Below, one piece after another: positions 21,695 through 32,100 of a stretch of DNA of 64,000 bases (its first letter is position 1; every line of letters begins with the position of its first letter). The DNA is from a virus (Duplodnaviria; Heunggongvirae; Uroviricota; Caudoviricetes). The position numbers and the translations under genes were made by a program. The stretch covers positions 220,088 to 284,087 of the IMG/VR virus record IMGVR_UViG_3300028887_000001; one strand, given 5' to 3'. The notes beneath the pieces were generated by a model, which saw only the letters and a program-made list of their open reading frames with translations, searched no databases and had not been told where the DNA came from.

Positions 21695-21702
21695 CAAAGG
21701 TA
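21695..21702 (-). promoter_or_regulatory. Bacteroidota-type sigma-A -7 element (TAnnTTTG)
   Basis: TTTTAGTACCTTTGCATC on the minus strand, upstream of the gene starting at 21657. Confidence 0.7.
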
Positions 21703-21718
21703 CTAAAAGTTTTTGAAA

Positions 21719-21748
21719 TAAAAAAGAGGAAACTAAAAATTTCCTCTT
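21719..21748 (-). terminator. Terminator after nrdG
   Basis: AAGAGGAAA...TTTCCTCTT stem with a U-tract on the minus strand. Confidence 0.6.
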
Positions 21749-22205
21749 AATTTTTCCAAAATTTACTTGTTATGTCAATTAAATCACCACCAACAACCCT
21801 ATACAGCCTCTGATTAGTCGTTTTTTTGTTCAATGGGCCACTTTTTTCATCATAATGACCAATCTTTATATAATCAAAGTCGTTGATATCAATTTTATCG
21901 CTTAATTTGTCCATTCCACTGTACCATGCAGTCTTTAATAAGAAATTCTCCTTGACAAATGAAGATAATTTGTCAATTTCTTCCGGATTTGAATCACCAC
22001 CCATGAAACAAACGCATGTTATACCGCTATTATCAACAATAATTTTTCTTAATTCGTCAGTTGTTAATTCATCACCAATATTTTCCCAAAGAAATTGAGA
22101 GTGACAGCCTGGGCACCTGCATGGACAGTTCGTAATGTTAATGGCAATGGTGATTTCATCTGGTATTTCCTCAAAAACCACCATTGCGTTATAGAACTTA
22201 ACCAT
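21747..22205 (-). CDS. nrdG: Anaerobic ribonucleotide reductase activating enzyme (radical SAM)
   Basis: CPCRCPGC (CxxxCxxC) and CFMGGD motifs; adjacent to nrdD. Confidence 0.92.
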   Translation of the reverse strand: MVKFYNAMVVFEEIPDEITIAINITNCPCRCPGCHSQFLWENIGDELTTDELRKIIVDNSGITCVCFMGGDSNPEEIDKLSSFVKENFLLKTAWYSGMDKLSDKIDINDFDYIKIGHYDEKSGPLNKKTTNQRLYRVVGGDLIDITSKFWKN

Positions 22206-22458
22206 TATTAAACCCCTCCACTTCTGATTTCAAGTCATTAACATTGACAATGCCATTCCACCTCTTTAATTCATTTCCTTCATCATCAACAAGCACAAGT
22301 GTTGGAAGGCTCTTAATTCCATATTTCCCAACAATTGGCTCATTTTCATCGTCCTCGACATCAACCTCTACAAGATTACAAACATTAAACCCATTAAGGT
22401 TTTTTGTCAACACCCTACATTGGCCACACCATGGGGCACTAAACTTTAACAATTCCAT
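22198..22458 (-). CDS. Thioredoxin
   Basis: FSAPWCGQC active site, cis-Pro motif SLPTLV, 86 aa. Confidence 0.9.
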   Translation of the reverse strand: MELLKFSAPWCGQCRVLTKNLNGFNVCNLVEVDVEDDENEPIVGKYGIKSLPTLVLVDDEGNELKRWNGIVNVNDLKSEVEGFNNG

Positions 22459-22470
22459 ATCCTTTCTTAT

Positions 22471-24669
22471 TTATACTTTTTCGTAATATCTCATTGATTC
22501 TTCAATCTGTCTTGGTTCTGCAAACGAAGATACCCTCTTAAGATATCCAATTATCCTCGTTAGATAATCGATATTATTGCTTCCGCACTTCGGGCAAGTA
22601 TCCAACGTATCCTTACTTATATAACCACAGTCATTGCACACACTATTCTTGCAGTTAAAAGTGTAGTAACTACAACCATTCTCAGCCGCAACCCTCAATA
22701 GTTGTCTATACTGTTCAAAAGAAAGGTGTTCGTTAATATTAAGGTGTGCTGCCTGTCCGCCATCAAGATATTTAACAAAGTTGTTTCCGTGTAGTTTCAT
22801 TTTATCAATAATTGACAAACTGTCATCTTCTGGGTTGAAGAAATAACTGCTGTACATGATGTGTTTCGGTGATACATAATAGCCGTCCATCTTATCCCAT
22901 TTATAGTTCTTGTTACTTAAATTCTCTCCTGGAACAAATTCTGTGTTGAACATGCAATCCCTTGTTCTGTCTTTCTTGTTTGACTTATTAATTGTTTCAA
23001 GAATCAAATTAACAAATTCCTCATAATCCTTATTAAGGTTGGCGTCAATCGAAAGAAATTCTGCTGCATCTGTGAGGCCATTAACACCAATTGTTAAATA
23101 TTGTTTCTTAAGGTCAATGTACCCAGCCCTATACACATCAAGCATGTTTGCATTATAGAAATCCTTTATAATTGAGTTAAATGCCTTTTGATACTTGTGT
23201 ACTCTTTCGGTCATTTCTGTTAATTCTGCCTCTATGTACTCATATAGCTTAGCCTTATCCGACACTTTCCTGATGTCAACCTGCTCACCATGCTCAATTT
23301 CGTGTCCTTCAACTTCAACGAAATATTTTCTAGTTGCGTCCTGAATAACGCGATTAAGGTTGATTGTCATAACGGACTTTGAACCGGTTGCAACTGATGC
23401 GGTACCCATAGAGAATTGGTGTGTTGTTTGATTGTGTTCATCATCCTGACTGTCTTTCAATGAGTTACGGAGTCTGCAACAACTGCTCAATGAGTCGGGT
23501 GAATCACTCAAATAACAGAAGAATGAATGGCCTTCAGCCCACATTTCGGCTGTAAAATCGGCGTATTCCTTATCAACAACGTCATGACCGTCAGTCAACA
23601 TAGCCATAGTCTCTACAGGGAAGGTGAGAATGTACTTTGTTCTTTCCTTATTAAACCACTTCATAAACTTCTTCTGGAGCCAAGACAGTGTTTCCCATTT
23701 TGGTTTTGTTCCATCTGGAAACTTAAATTCGCCAAACACACCATTGAAATAATTTTCATCAAAATATCCCACATTCCAAAAGACTGTCTGGTAACCACGA
23801 TTGCCAGCCGGCATGTTCATAGAGTGCACAACCTGTTGGAAACAATTCTCAATAACCTGTTCAAGTGTTCTATTCTTTCTACTTATCTCTACAACTTCAT
23901 TAAGCCTTTCAAGATAGTTATCACCATAATCCTTCCTGATGAAGTAATCCATGTACATTAAAAACTCAGGTGTTGCAACTGCACCCATAAACTGTGATGA
24001 AACAGAATAAACCAAATTAATGAACTCGCCACAGAATGATTTGAGGTCTGTTGGTGCACTAGACTGGCCACCAAGTGTTGTAAGACCATCAATTAAGAAT
24101 GGATACATTGTTATTGCAACGCAATATGGATATCCAGGTGTACCAGATTCGTCGTGCTTATAAAGAACGTGACTTTCAAGGTCTTTTATATATTGGTTTG
24201 CTAGTTTTTTAGAGTACATCTGCTTGAGTTTGTTCTGCATCATATACCTGTTCTGTTGTATGTTTTTGCCCTTATGCAACTCTTGTCCCAATGTAACAAT
24301 ATTCTTCTTTTCTACGTTTGCATTTGCGTCATACTTTGAACCTGTCGATGCGTTTGATGCATTAATATAGTCGCTTATAAAATCACTGTCCTTTTTTAAT
24401 ATCTTTACTCTTCCATCTTGCTGCTCGTGGTTTGCAATATAAGCCCTTGCTGCATCCTTATTTACATCCATAAGACACTTTTCAATCCTATCCTGTAGTT
24501 CTTGTGCCCTAACAAACTCATCCGAATCAATATTATAGTTGGAAATAACACAGTCAATAACACTGTACTCCATCTTTGCGCCACATGATTCGAACGCTTT
24601 CTTAATCACTTTTTCAATCTTCTCAACTTGAAATAATTCCTCCGAATTGTCTCTTTTAATTACAATCAT
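22471..24669 (-). CDS. nrdD: Class III (anaerobic) ribonucleoside-triphosphate reductase with N-terminal ATP cone
   Basis: N-terminal VIKRD ATP cone, SCCRL finger loop, C-terminal CxxC...CxxC zinc site and glycyl-radical motif TRIIGYL. Confidence 0.95.
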   Translation of the reverse strand: MIVIKRDNSEELFQVEKIEKVIKKAFESCGAKMEYSVIDCVISNYNIDSDEFVRAQELQDRIEKCLMDVNKDAARAYIANHEQQDGRVKILKKDSDFISDYINASNASTGSKYDANANVEKKNIVTLGQELHKGKNIQQNRYMMQNKLKQMYSKKLANQYIKDLESHVLYKHDESGTPGYPYCVAITMYPFLIDGLTTLGGQSSAPTDLKSFCGEFINLVYSVSSQFMGAVATPEFLMYMDYFIRKDYGDNYLERLNEVVEISRKNRTLEQVIENCFQQVVHSMNMPAGNRGYQTVFWNVGYFDENYFNGVFGEFKFPDGTKPKWETLSWLQKKFMKWFNKERTKYILTFPVETMAMLTDGHDVVDKEYADFTAEMWAEGHSFFCYLSDSPDSLSSCCRLRNSLKDSQDDEHNQTTHQFSMGTASVATGSKSVMTINLNRVIQDATRKYFVEVEGHEIEHGEQVDIRKVSDKAKLYEYIEAELTEMTERVHKYQKAFNSIIKDFYNANMLDVYRAGYIDLKKQYLTIGVNGLTDAAEFLSIDANLNKDYEEFVNLILETINKSNKKDRTRDCMFNTEFVPGENLSNKNYKWDKMDGYYVSPKHIMYSSYFFNPEDDSLSIIDKMKLHGNNFVKYLDGGQAAHLNINEHLSFEQYRQLLRVAAENGCSYYTFNCKNSVCNDCGYISKDTLDTCPKCGSNNIDYLTRIIGYLKRVSSFAEPRQIEESMRYYEKV

Positions 24670-24853
24670 TCTTTCTTAATTTTAATATATTATTACGTGG
24701 TAGATAATACATATCTACAACAATAACAATTAGAGTTTAAATTATAAAACTTTTCTCCAAATTACAATCAAAACACCCCTCGTTACAACAAGTTATGATA
24801 TGAAAAAAATATTATTTTACTATTTTTTCACTTTTTTCATTTTCAACCTATAT

Positions 24854-26296
24854 TTAGTTTTTATTCTTAACTCTATTGAAACATTCGTTTATTGTTTCTT
24901 GGTTTCTATCATCCTCTCGCCTTGTTTTTTCCTTATCAAACGCCATTGTTGTATCAAATTCCTCAACATTATCAGTTGATATGGTACACGTTCCATTATT
25001 GAAATAAACACCATCAAATACCCTACCACTAGAACCAGCCCTATTCTTCGTAATGGCTATCGTTGCTATGTTGTCTGCAATGTCTTCTTGTGAACGAGTA
25101 ATTGTCATTATAATGTGTGCAATCTGTATCTTTCCGATAGAGCCACCTGCTTTGTCCATTGTAACCAAGTCAGTATTGATTGAGTCTCTGTTTCCCTGTG
25201 TTGCAACCCAAAATGCAGTATTCAATTCGTTTGCAGCAGATTCAATCTTTCTCATTGTTTGAGACTCTTTATCCCACTTTGACATCGTTGATGGGCCTGT
25301 TATTTTTAAACACTCAAAATAGTCAATGATAACCAGGTCTGGCCTAAATCCATTATTTATATGCTTTTCTATTATCTTGATAACATCCTCAATGGTTTTC
25401 TGACCAGACTTTAATCTTACAATTTTAAGGTTGGAATTAAGCATTACCCTATCATCATAATGCTCCAATTGTTCCCTAACATGCTCAACATATTCAGGAT
25501 TTGATAATTGACAGGCTTCAACTTGTGTTATCTTCGAGAAGTGCTTCCTTTGAATTTGCTTAAGGGTATCCTCAAACACAATCTGCAAAACCTTAAAACC
25601 AAGATTACCATTCTGTTCTGATTTGCAAACTGCCGCATCAGCAGCCATTGATGTGGTCAAACTTGTTTTGCCAAATGACGTAGGGCCAACTATAAGACCC
25701 AATTCACCCTTGCCAAGGCCACCATTAAGAACCTTATCGATAAGTCCAATTCCGGTTGGTATTGTTATTCTAAAGTCTTCAGATAGAACATTCTCAACCC
25801 CATCAAAAAGACTAACCTCTTCGTAATCATCATGGTTTCCGGCATTAAGAGCTTCTCTAAGCAATTTTTCACACGTATCATAATTTTCCAAATCACCATC
25901 ACCGGCAAGCCTTAATATTTCCTTTCCAGCCTTGATGATTCTTTGTTGCCTAAAGAACCTCGTTGCAATAACCTTTGTGTTTTCTGCTCCGTAAGAATTT
26001 GTGCTACGAACTTTATCTACAATCGCATCACAAATCTCTATGTCAGCCTGTGTGTGTGCTTTTTGTCTTAATTCTACAGACATTGCCGAATAGGATGGAA
26101 TGCAACCATACTTTCTGTAGTATTCAAGCATCGTTCCGACATACATTTTCAAGTATTGCCCAGTGAACATGTTTTGGTCTACAAGTGGCTCCAGGTCCTT
26201 GAAAAGACTCTTGTCTTCCATGAACTCTTTCACTATCTTAAACTGGACATCTTCACCCAAATACCCTAATGTTGATTTATCTATCTGTGCCGACAT
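24854..26296 (-). CDS. gp41: Replicative DnaB-like helicase (T4 gp41-like)
   Basis: Walker A GPTSFGKT, Walker B IIDY, and TQGNR and KNRAG motifs. Confidence 0.9.
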   Translation of the reverse strand: MSAQIDKSTLGYLGEDVQFKIVKEFMEDKSLFKDLEPLVDQNMFTGQYLKMYVGTMLEYYRKYGCIPSYSAMSVELRQKAHTQADIEICDAIVDKVRSTNSYGAENTKVIATRFFRQQRIIKAGKEILRLAGDGDLENYDTCEKLLREALNAGNHDDYEEVSLFDGVENVLSEDFRITIPTGIGLIDKVLNGGLGKGELGLIVGPTSFGKTSLTTSMAADAAVCKSEQNGNLGFKVLQIVFEDTLKQIQRKHFSKITQVEACQLSNPEYVEHVREQLEHYDDRVMLNSNLKIVRLKSGQKTIEDVIKIIEKHINNGFRPDLVIIDYFECLKITGPSTMSKWDKESQTMRKIESAANELNTAFWVATQGNRDSINTDLVTMDKAGGSIGKIQIAHIIMTITRSQEDIADNIATIAITKNRAGSSGRVFDGVYFNNGTCTISTDNVEEFDTTMAFDKEKTRREDDRNQETINECFNRVKNKN

Positions 26297-26387
26297 TTAT
26301 TATATTGCGCTTTAAAAAAAGTTTGTAAAATTTGCCAAGGGCTAATATTTCATAGCCCCTGGACATTGCATCTAGAACGAGAAAAGA

Positions 26388-27383
26388 CTACTCTGAAGCC
26401 TTTCTGTTTGAACGTTTCTCGTTTTTCACATCGTTTTGTGTCACATAGTAGAACTCCTTTGCATACTTGATTGTCTTATCACGAACTGCCGTGCTCCAAT
26501 CAGAATACAGCTTAAGGTTCTCCTGTTTGATGTTGAAGTTGTACTTTTTACCCTTGATTGGGCTCTTTTCTGTCACCGGAACCATCCAGGGCTTACCAAA
26601 AGCATCAAGAACGCCAACCTCGTTACCATTCTCATCGACAACAGTCTTTTGCTTGTAGATTGGCTCACCGTTTTCGTCAAGCTTAAGCACGGTGTTCTTG
26701 TACTCAACAACATTGTGATAATCCGATGCCTTTTCATAGAAGCCAACGTATGAGGAACAAACCTCATTGATGTACTTCTGGATTATTGGCACAAGATTCT
26801 CCTTGTCTGACAACATGTGCATCAACACATAAAGGTCTCCAGAAAGCTGAGAACCATGGTCAGCAAAGAATTTCTCCTTGTCATAAATGGTTGCCCTGTC
26901 ATCCTTCATTATCTTAACCTGACGGTTTGTAAGGTCGATACATTTCCTCACATAACTTGGATAATAACGAGCATCCCATTGTCTGGAAATAACCTCTTCT
27001 CCATTGTCGTAGACAACGAACTTCAAAACCAACTCACCCTCTTCGATTAGTGGCTCTGTGAACATTTCAGGCTCCCATTCTGGGTTGTCAAATGTGGAGT
27101 GATACCACGTGTAAATACGAGATTTGGACTTTAAGTCCTCGTCAATGAGTTCAACAATCTTGTCGACCTCGTTCTTGAACTCTGGAGTTTGCATTGATTT
27201 TTCAACGTAGCCATTGATTGGGAAGCTGCGTTTACAAATCAGGAAATCATTGATAAACAGGGCAAACTCAAACCTGTTCATGTCCCATTCCTGCTTGGCG
27301 AATCTTTTCTCGCCATTTCGTTGCTTTGTGTTCTCAACACCATCTGTCTGAGCAACACTTTCTTTAACTTCATCTACTTCCAC
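26388..27383 (-). CDS. Hypothetical protein (331 aa), early-type promoter
   Basis: Long ORF with many AAG/GAG and C-ending codons, resembling the capsid gene. TAnnTTTG promoter at 27460. Confidence 0.7.
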   Translation of the reverse strand: MEVDEVKESVAQTDGVENTKQRNGEKRFAKQEWDMNRFEFALFINDFLICKRSFPINGYVEKSMQTPEFKNEVDKIVELIDEDLKSKSRIYTWYHSTFDNPEWEPEMFTEPLIEEGELVLKFVVYDNGEEVISRQWDARYYPSYVRKCIDLTNRQVKIMKDDRATIYDKEKFFADHGSQLSGDLYVLMHMLSDKENLVPIIQKYINEVCSSYVGFYEKASDYHNVVEYKNTVLKLDENGEPIYKQKTVVDENGNEVGVLDAFGKPWMVPVTEKSPIKGKKYNFNIKQENLKLYSDWSTAVRDKTIKYAKEFYYVTQNDVKNEKRSNRKASE

Positions 27384-27459
27384 TTTCTTTAGACAAATTT
27401 AAAGGTTCAACATTAAATTAACTAACTCTATAATCAGACCACATGTCTGAAATTCGGTG

Positions 27460-27467
27460 CAAAAATA
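27460..27467 (-). promoter_or_regulatory. Bacteroidota-type sigma-A -7 element
   Basis: TTTTTAGTATTTTTGCACC on the minus strand. Confidence 0.72.
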
Positions 27468-27494
27468 CTAAAAAGATTTAACATAGAAAACATT

Positions 27495-28673
27495 TTATAA
27501 CAATTTTTTCGATAATTCTGTTTCTTTTTTCTTGATTCTTTCAAACAAACCGAATAATCTTCCAAATGTATTCTCATTTTCTAGCCTGTGCATCGTATTC
27601 CTTGTTATAATACTATATACATTCTTTAAATCCCTTCCTTCTATATCAAGCGGGGCGTTATATATCTCATCCAACTCACTCTTTGCCTCTTCTGTCAATA
27701 ATGGTGTGCTTAAATCAATAATCTTTTCATTAATCTCATATAACTTATCACCCTGACAACCATTTGTTACCCCATTAACCGCATTTTCAAGGCATTTAAG
27801 AGGCTTTTTCTTATCAGAGGCTCTATCATCCAGCAAAGACTTGCAAGTGTCTATAAACTCGTTTAAAGTGCATTTCTGGGACAATATCTGTGGAAAATAC
27901 GTTTCAAGAGTCTTCTCACCCATTCCTTTTACACCTTTTATGTTGTCACTGGCATCACCGCATATTATTTTCTTTAATACTATATTATAATATGGCATTC
28001 CCAACACCTCAACATCATTCTTTGGACTCACAAACTTCTTCTGACTTGGAATGTACAGACAAATATCATCGCGAATAAGCTGTGATATATCTCTATCCTC
28101 ACTTACTATAACAATATAGTCATTTTTCTTCTTATGTTGGCAATAATAGGCAATCAAATCATCGCCCTCTACATTTTCATACATATATTGCCTTACAAAC
28201 AACTCATCAAGTATCTCTTGCAAGATTTCTCTCTGTCTTTGGAAGTTTTCATCGTCAGTTTCACCCCTTCTTACACCAACTTTATTCTTTTGGTGGTAAT
28301 CCAACACCTTTTTGCAGTATGCTGCAATATATGCGTCATAATCACTTTCAGGATTGCTTATTGCTGAAGCTGCTTCATAATTCTTATCCCTATTTGCCTT
28401 ATAATCCTTATATATTTGCCATCTTAATGCTCCAGAATTGAATCCATCCCAGCAAACAACACAATGATTGAAATCTCGCATCGATAACAGGTTGCCTATT
28501 CTATATAAAAACGTAACTATAGCACCATATTCCTCTCCCTTATCGTTAATATCATCTCTATTAACCAAAGAAGACTTCAAAACAGAGTTACCATCAACCA
28601 AAAGATGATAAACCTTGCCAGTTGTGTCTATATTATTAGCTTTTGCTATCGTTTTTCTTACTACCTGTTCCAT
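27495..28673 (-). CDS. 5'-3' exonuclease / flap endonuclease (T4 RNase H, Pol I 5' domain-like)
   Basis: LLVDGN, YKANR, EGDDLIA, SEDRD and GDASDNIKGVKGMGEKT motifs. Start moved to the ATG at 28673 because the track's TTG start overlaps the promoter. Confidence 0.9.
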   Translation of the reverse strand: MEQVVRKTIAKANNIDTTGKVYHLLVDGNSVLKSSLVNRDDINDKGEEYGAIVTFLYRIGNLLSMRDFNHCVVCWDGFNSGALRWQIYKDYKANRDKNYEAASAISNPESDYDAYIAAYCKKVLDYHQKNKVGVRRGETDDENFQRQREILQEILDELFVRQYMYENVEGDDLIAYYCQHKKKNDYIVIVSEDRDISQLIRDDICLYIPSQKKFVSPKNDVEVLGMPYYNIVLKKIICGDASDNIKGVKGMGEKTLETYFPQILSQKCTLNEFIDTCKSLLDDRASDKKKPLKCLENAVNGVTNGCQGDKLYEINEKIIDLSTPLLTEEAKSELDEIYNAPLDIEGRDLKNVYSIITRNTMHRLENENTFGRLFGLFERIKKKETELSKKLL

Positions 28674-28691
28674 ATCTGAGTAAAATCGTTG

Positions 28692-28699
28692 CAAATATA
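28692..28699 (-). promoter_or_regulatory. Bacteroidota-type sigma-A -7 element
   Basis: TTTTTAGTATATTTGCAAC on the minus strand. Confidence 0.7.
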
Positions 28700-28826
28700 C
28701 TAAAAATATCAGAAATAATTAATAAATCTGAGCAAAAATCACAACAAAATGGTAAAAACACCAATTTTAACTCGAAAATTTGTCAAAAATTTGCAAAAAT
28801 CGCAATTAAATGGTATTATAACACAG

Positions 28827-28859
28827 AAAAACGCCCGAACCAATTAGATTCGAGCGTTA
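28827..28859 (-). terminator. Terminator after the tail-fibre operon
   Basis: AACGCTCGAA...TTCGGGCGTT stem (one G-U pair) followed by a U-tract. Confidence 0.65.
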
Positions 28860-28878
28860 ATCCTACTGTTGATGCGGC

Positions 28879-29112
28879 TTATTCACCACCATTTTCTTGC
28901 TCTTCTGTCTCTGTGTCAAAATTCTTTGGTGGTTCAACACCCAAACTATCATAAAAAGCATTGTAACTCTCTTCTGTATATGGCTGTTCCTCGTAATTCT
29001 CAATAGAATCAGAAGTTCCAAGGTCAATATCCTCACCCATAATGAAATTATCTGACTTTCTTACAATGAAGTTACCTTCTTCAGCATAATATCTACTACC
29101 TTCGTTAGTCAT
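28879..29112 (-). CDS. Small acidic protein downstream of the tail fibre (possible fibre chaperone/accessory)
   Basis: 77-aa ORF immediately following the fibre gene; function inferred from position only. Confidence 0.6.
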   Translation of the reverse strand: MTNEGSRYYAEEGNFIVRKSDNFIMGEDIDLGTSDSIENYEEQPYTEESYNAFYDSLGVEPPKNFDTETEEQENGGE

Positions 29113-29138
29113 ATTATATTATTCTTTAATTAATTATT

Positions 29139-32100
29139 TTAAACGTTAACTATTGTTGAACCAGATGACTCATACGTTGTCCTTATTGTGTCATTAACCG
29201 TATCATGCGAAATCGTCTTCCTTCTTGTTGTGTTATTCACACCCCTTCCGACAATGAAATTGCGAAGCTTATTCGAAATTGATGTGGTTTCGGTTGATGT
29301 GATTGTGATTATTTGGTTACCATCTTCAACACAAACACCCTCAACATAAGCCTTTTCGAAATTAATTCTTTTGCAAGAATTCCCAATCGTATTATAGTTG
29401 AAATTAGACTCATAAACACTAACTCCGCCACTAGCGACAGAAATGCCGCCAACATCATTTCCAATAGTATTATGGTTGAAATACCCCTTTATACTGTTGA
29501 AACTAAATGAGTTTCCTATTATGTTATGTTGAACATAATCGTTCATTTCGTTTGTTGCTAACCCATTGCCAAAAAAATTATACATGCACCTATAGTTTAT
29601 TACGTTGTTTCTAGAGGCATAGCCAAAAACATTATAAGCAACTACTTCACCAATAAAATTTCTAGAAAAGTCATTTAAAAATTTATTTCCATACACACTA
29701 CTCATGAATATGTTGTTTCCACATCCACTGCCAAGATTATTTCCTCTGAAACTGTGAGAAGATGTATTACAAGAACAATTTGGTCCAATTATATTCCCTC
29801 TAGCCAATCCATAGAAAACGTTATTCCCACAATTATAGCATCTAGTTCCTCCTCCATGTATTATAATATCTTTATCATAGTATGGCTGCATTATGATGTT
29901 GCCCGTTGACGAACCATCAATACTTGCATCTGTAACTGTTCCTCCATCTAAAGCATCAAACCCTGAGAATGTGTAAGCCCAAATAAAATCAGTTGTATCT
30001 TCTATTGAAACATAATTAACATAACTACTACCACTACTATAACCTGGCAAATGCCCTAAAACACCAAGATACTTGCCACCGTAGTTATGCTGCGTTAAAG
30101 TATCAGTAAATCCACTAAGGTTACTTATCTTCCACCTTTTGAATTGCATGTTTTTAAAGTCATAAGGGAGGTCATTGCTATATTCGTCTTTCATTCTTGT
30201 TATGACACCCTTACCACCAGAATAAACCGTTTGTTTTGATATTATTTTTGTTTTTTCACTAAAAGCAACATGGCCAATATTACCATCACCGTACATAGTA
30301 TAAAAAACATAAGAACCGACCTCGTCACTTGGACCAACAACACCATCTATACTAGACAAAAACTTTTTATAAAGAGTTCCTTCTGGTATTTCTATCTTTT
30401 CATTTACCTTTCCAATTGGAAATGTTTCGTAATCATTGTGGTCATATGTCATGAATCCAGGGTTCTCGTTAAAACTTATACAAAAACTGTCTTCAAGAAT
30501 ATCATACCAAACAATTGGTTGGGTGTTGTCATCTATAACATCTATTGCATCAATGGTTCCAGCAACACCCGCGACATCAACGTAGTCGTCAAATACCTTT
30601 CCAAAAAAAATAGTAGAACCAACAGTATCTGTTAATGAAACACCACCATCTTTTCCAAGATAAGACCAAGCAAATACAGAATCACCATCTTTTATTGTTA
30701 CGCTTTTCTGTATTGGATATAAAAAAGTGTAACCAATTTGTATGTTTTTTATCCTTACTGGTTTGTTCTCTGACCCATCAATTTGTACTAATTCTAACAC
30801 TGATTCGAGGTCATATAATGCAGAGCCAACAGCATCTCCAAACGAACAAACTGAGCCATTGGAGTATTTCCAAACAATACACTCCTGCCCGTCAGAAACA
30901 ACATCCTTTGCAATAAATTGAAGTGGTAAGTCATACGAAATATAAGTACCACCATCCAAGATAAAAGCAATATATGAAGTTGAACCTATATTTTGGCCAT
31001 CACTTAACACAAATGCCGGACTGTCATACTCAACTTGCCACGATGTATACGTTTTTGATTTTTTTGTCCCAACTGATAATATTTCGTATGAATCATCTTC
31101 ATTTATTTCAATATCACTACCACTACCATCATAATATCCAGCATAGTAAACATTGTCACCAACCTTATCACCCTTACTAACAAAAAAAAGAATGGTTTCA
31201 ATAACGCCAGTCCAAATAACCATCGTTTCGCCACTTATTTCGGTTGTACCAGATTTAATTATTGTTAATTCATTAACATCCATTCCCATCTTATCAATTA
31301 ACATTTCATATAGAAATGTACCTGGCAACAATGATATCTTAGCAAAATTTTGTTGCGGAACGTTAACACTTCCGAATTTTTCTGTATTAAATAATACCTT
31401 GTTTTTTTCTCCTAAACATGCATAAAACACCCCAAACGTTCCTCCTGACTCAACTATCGCATTCCCAAATCTTTGTAGGTCATAATATTCACCATAAATA
31501 TCATTTGTTGATACAAAAGTTCCACCAGAAAGGACTGTCAATTTTTCTTCGCCTTCCTTTACAACAAAATAATCATCACCATCAGCCGCAACAGTGGCAT
31601 ATGTTCCTGCTGATGGTATTGTTTCATTATAAACAATTTCTGTTGTCCCACTTTTTATCAATGTTGTGGTTCGTTTATTATAATCGCGTACAGCATATGT
31701 TCCTGGATAAACAATGAAATTGCCATCTTCACTAAATTCTTCGCCTTCAGCAACCGTTATAAAAACACCATCGTCAGGAAATACCATAGTATTGTCAAGT
31801 GTGTAGTCAAGTTCCCACGCATTCAAATCACAATTAGAGAAATATGTGTCACCCTCATGTTGTATTGCAAGCGCCTTTTCTGATACGGTATTATTGCTTG
31901 TTGCTGTAACAATTATATCGAATTGGTGACCAGCAGAACGAATATAATCGTCTTCTGCTACAGTGGCTGTGTAGTCAGTTATTCTATACTTACATCCGGG
32001 TATTAACTTTCCCCCATCTCTTAATCCAACCAGTTCAAGATAGGTTGTTTCAACCAGCGTTTCTTTTGGTGTTTTTCCACCACCACCTTCAGAAGCTTCG

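Noticed and set aside
28700-28830. Short AAAATTTG-type repeats as a replication origin
   Set aside because: Too few and too degenerate to distinguish from AT-rich promoter background.
29150-29900. Asn-rich tail-fibre tip as a diversity-generating retroelement target
   Set aside because: No reverse transcriptase or template repeat in the window; the Asn ladder is explained by a beta-helix.
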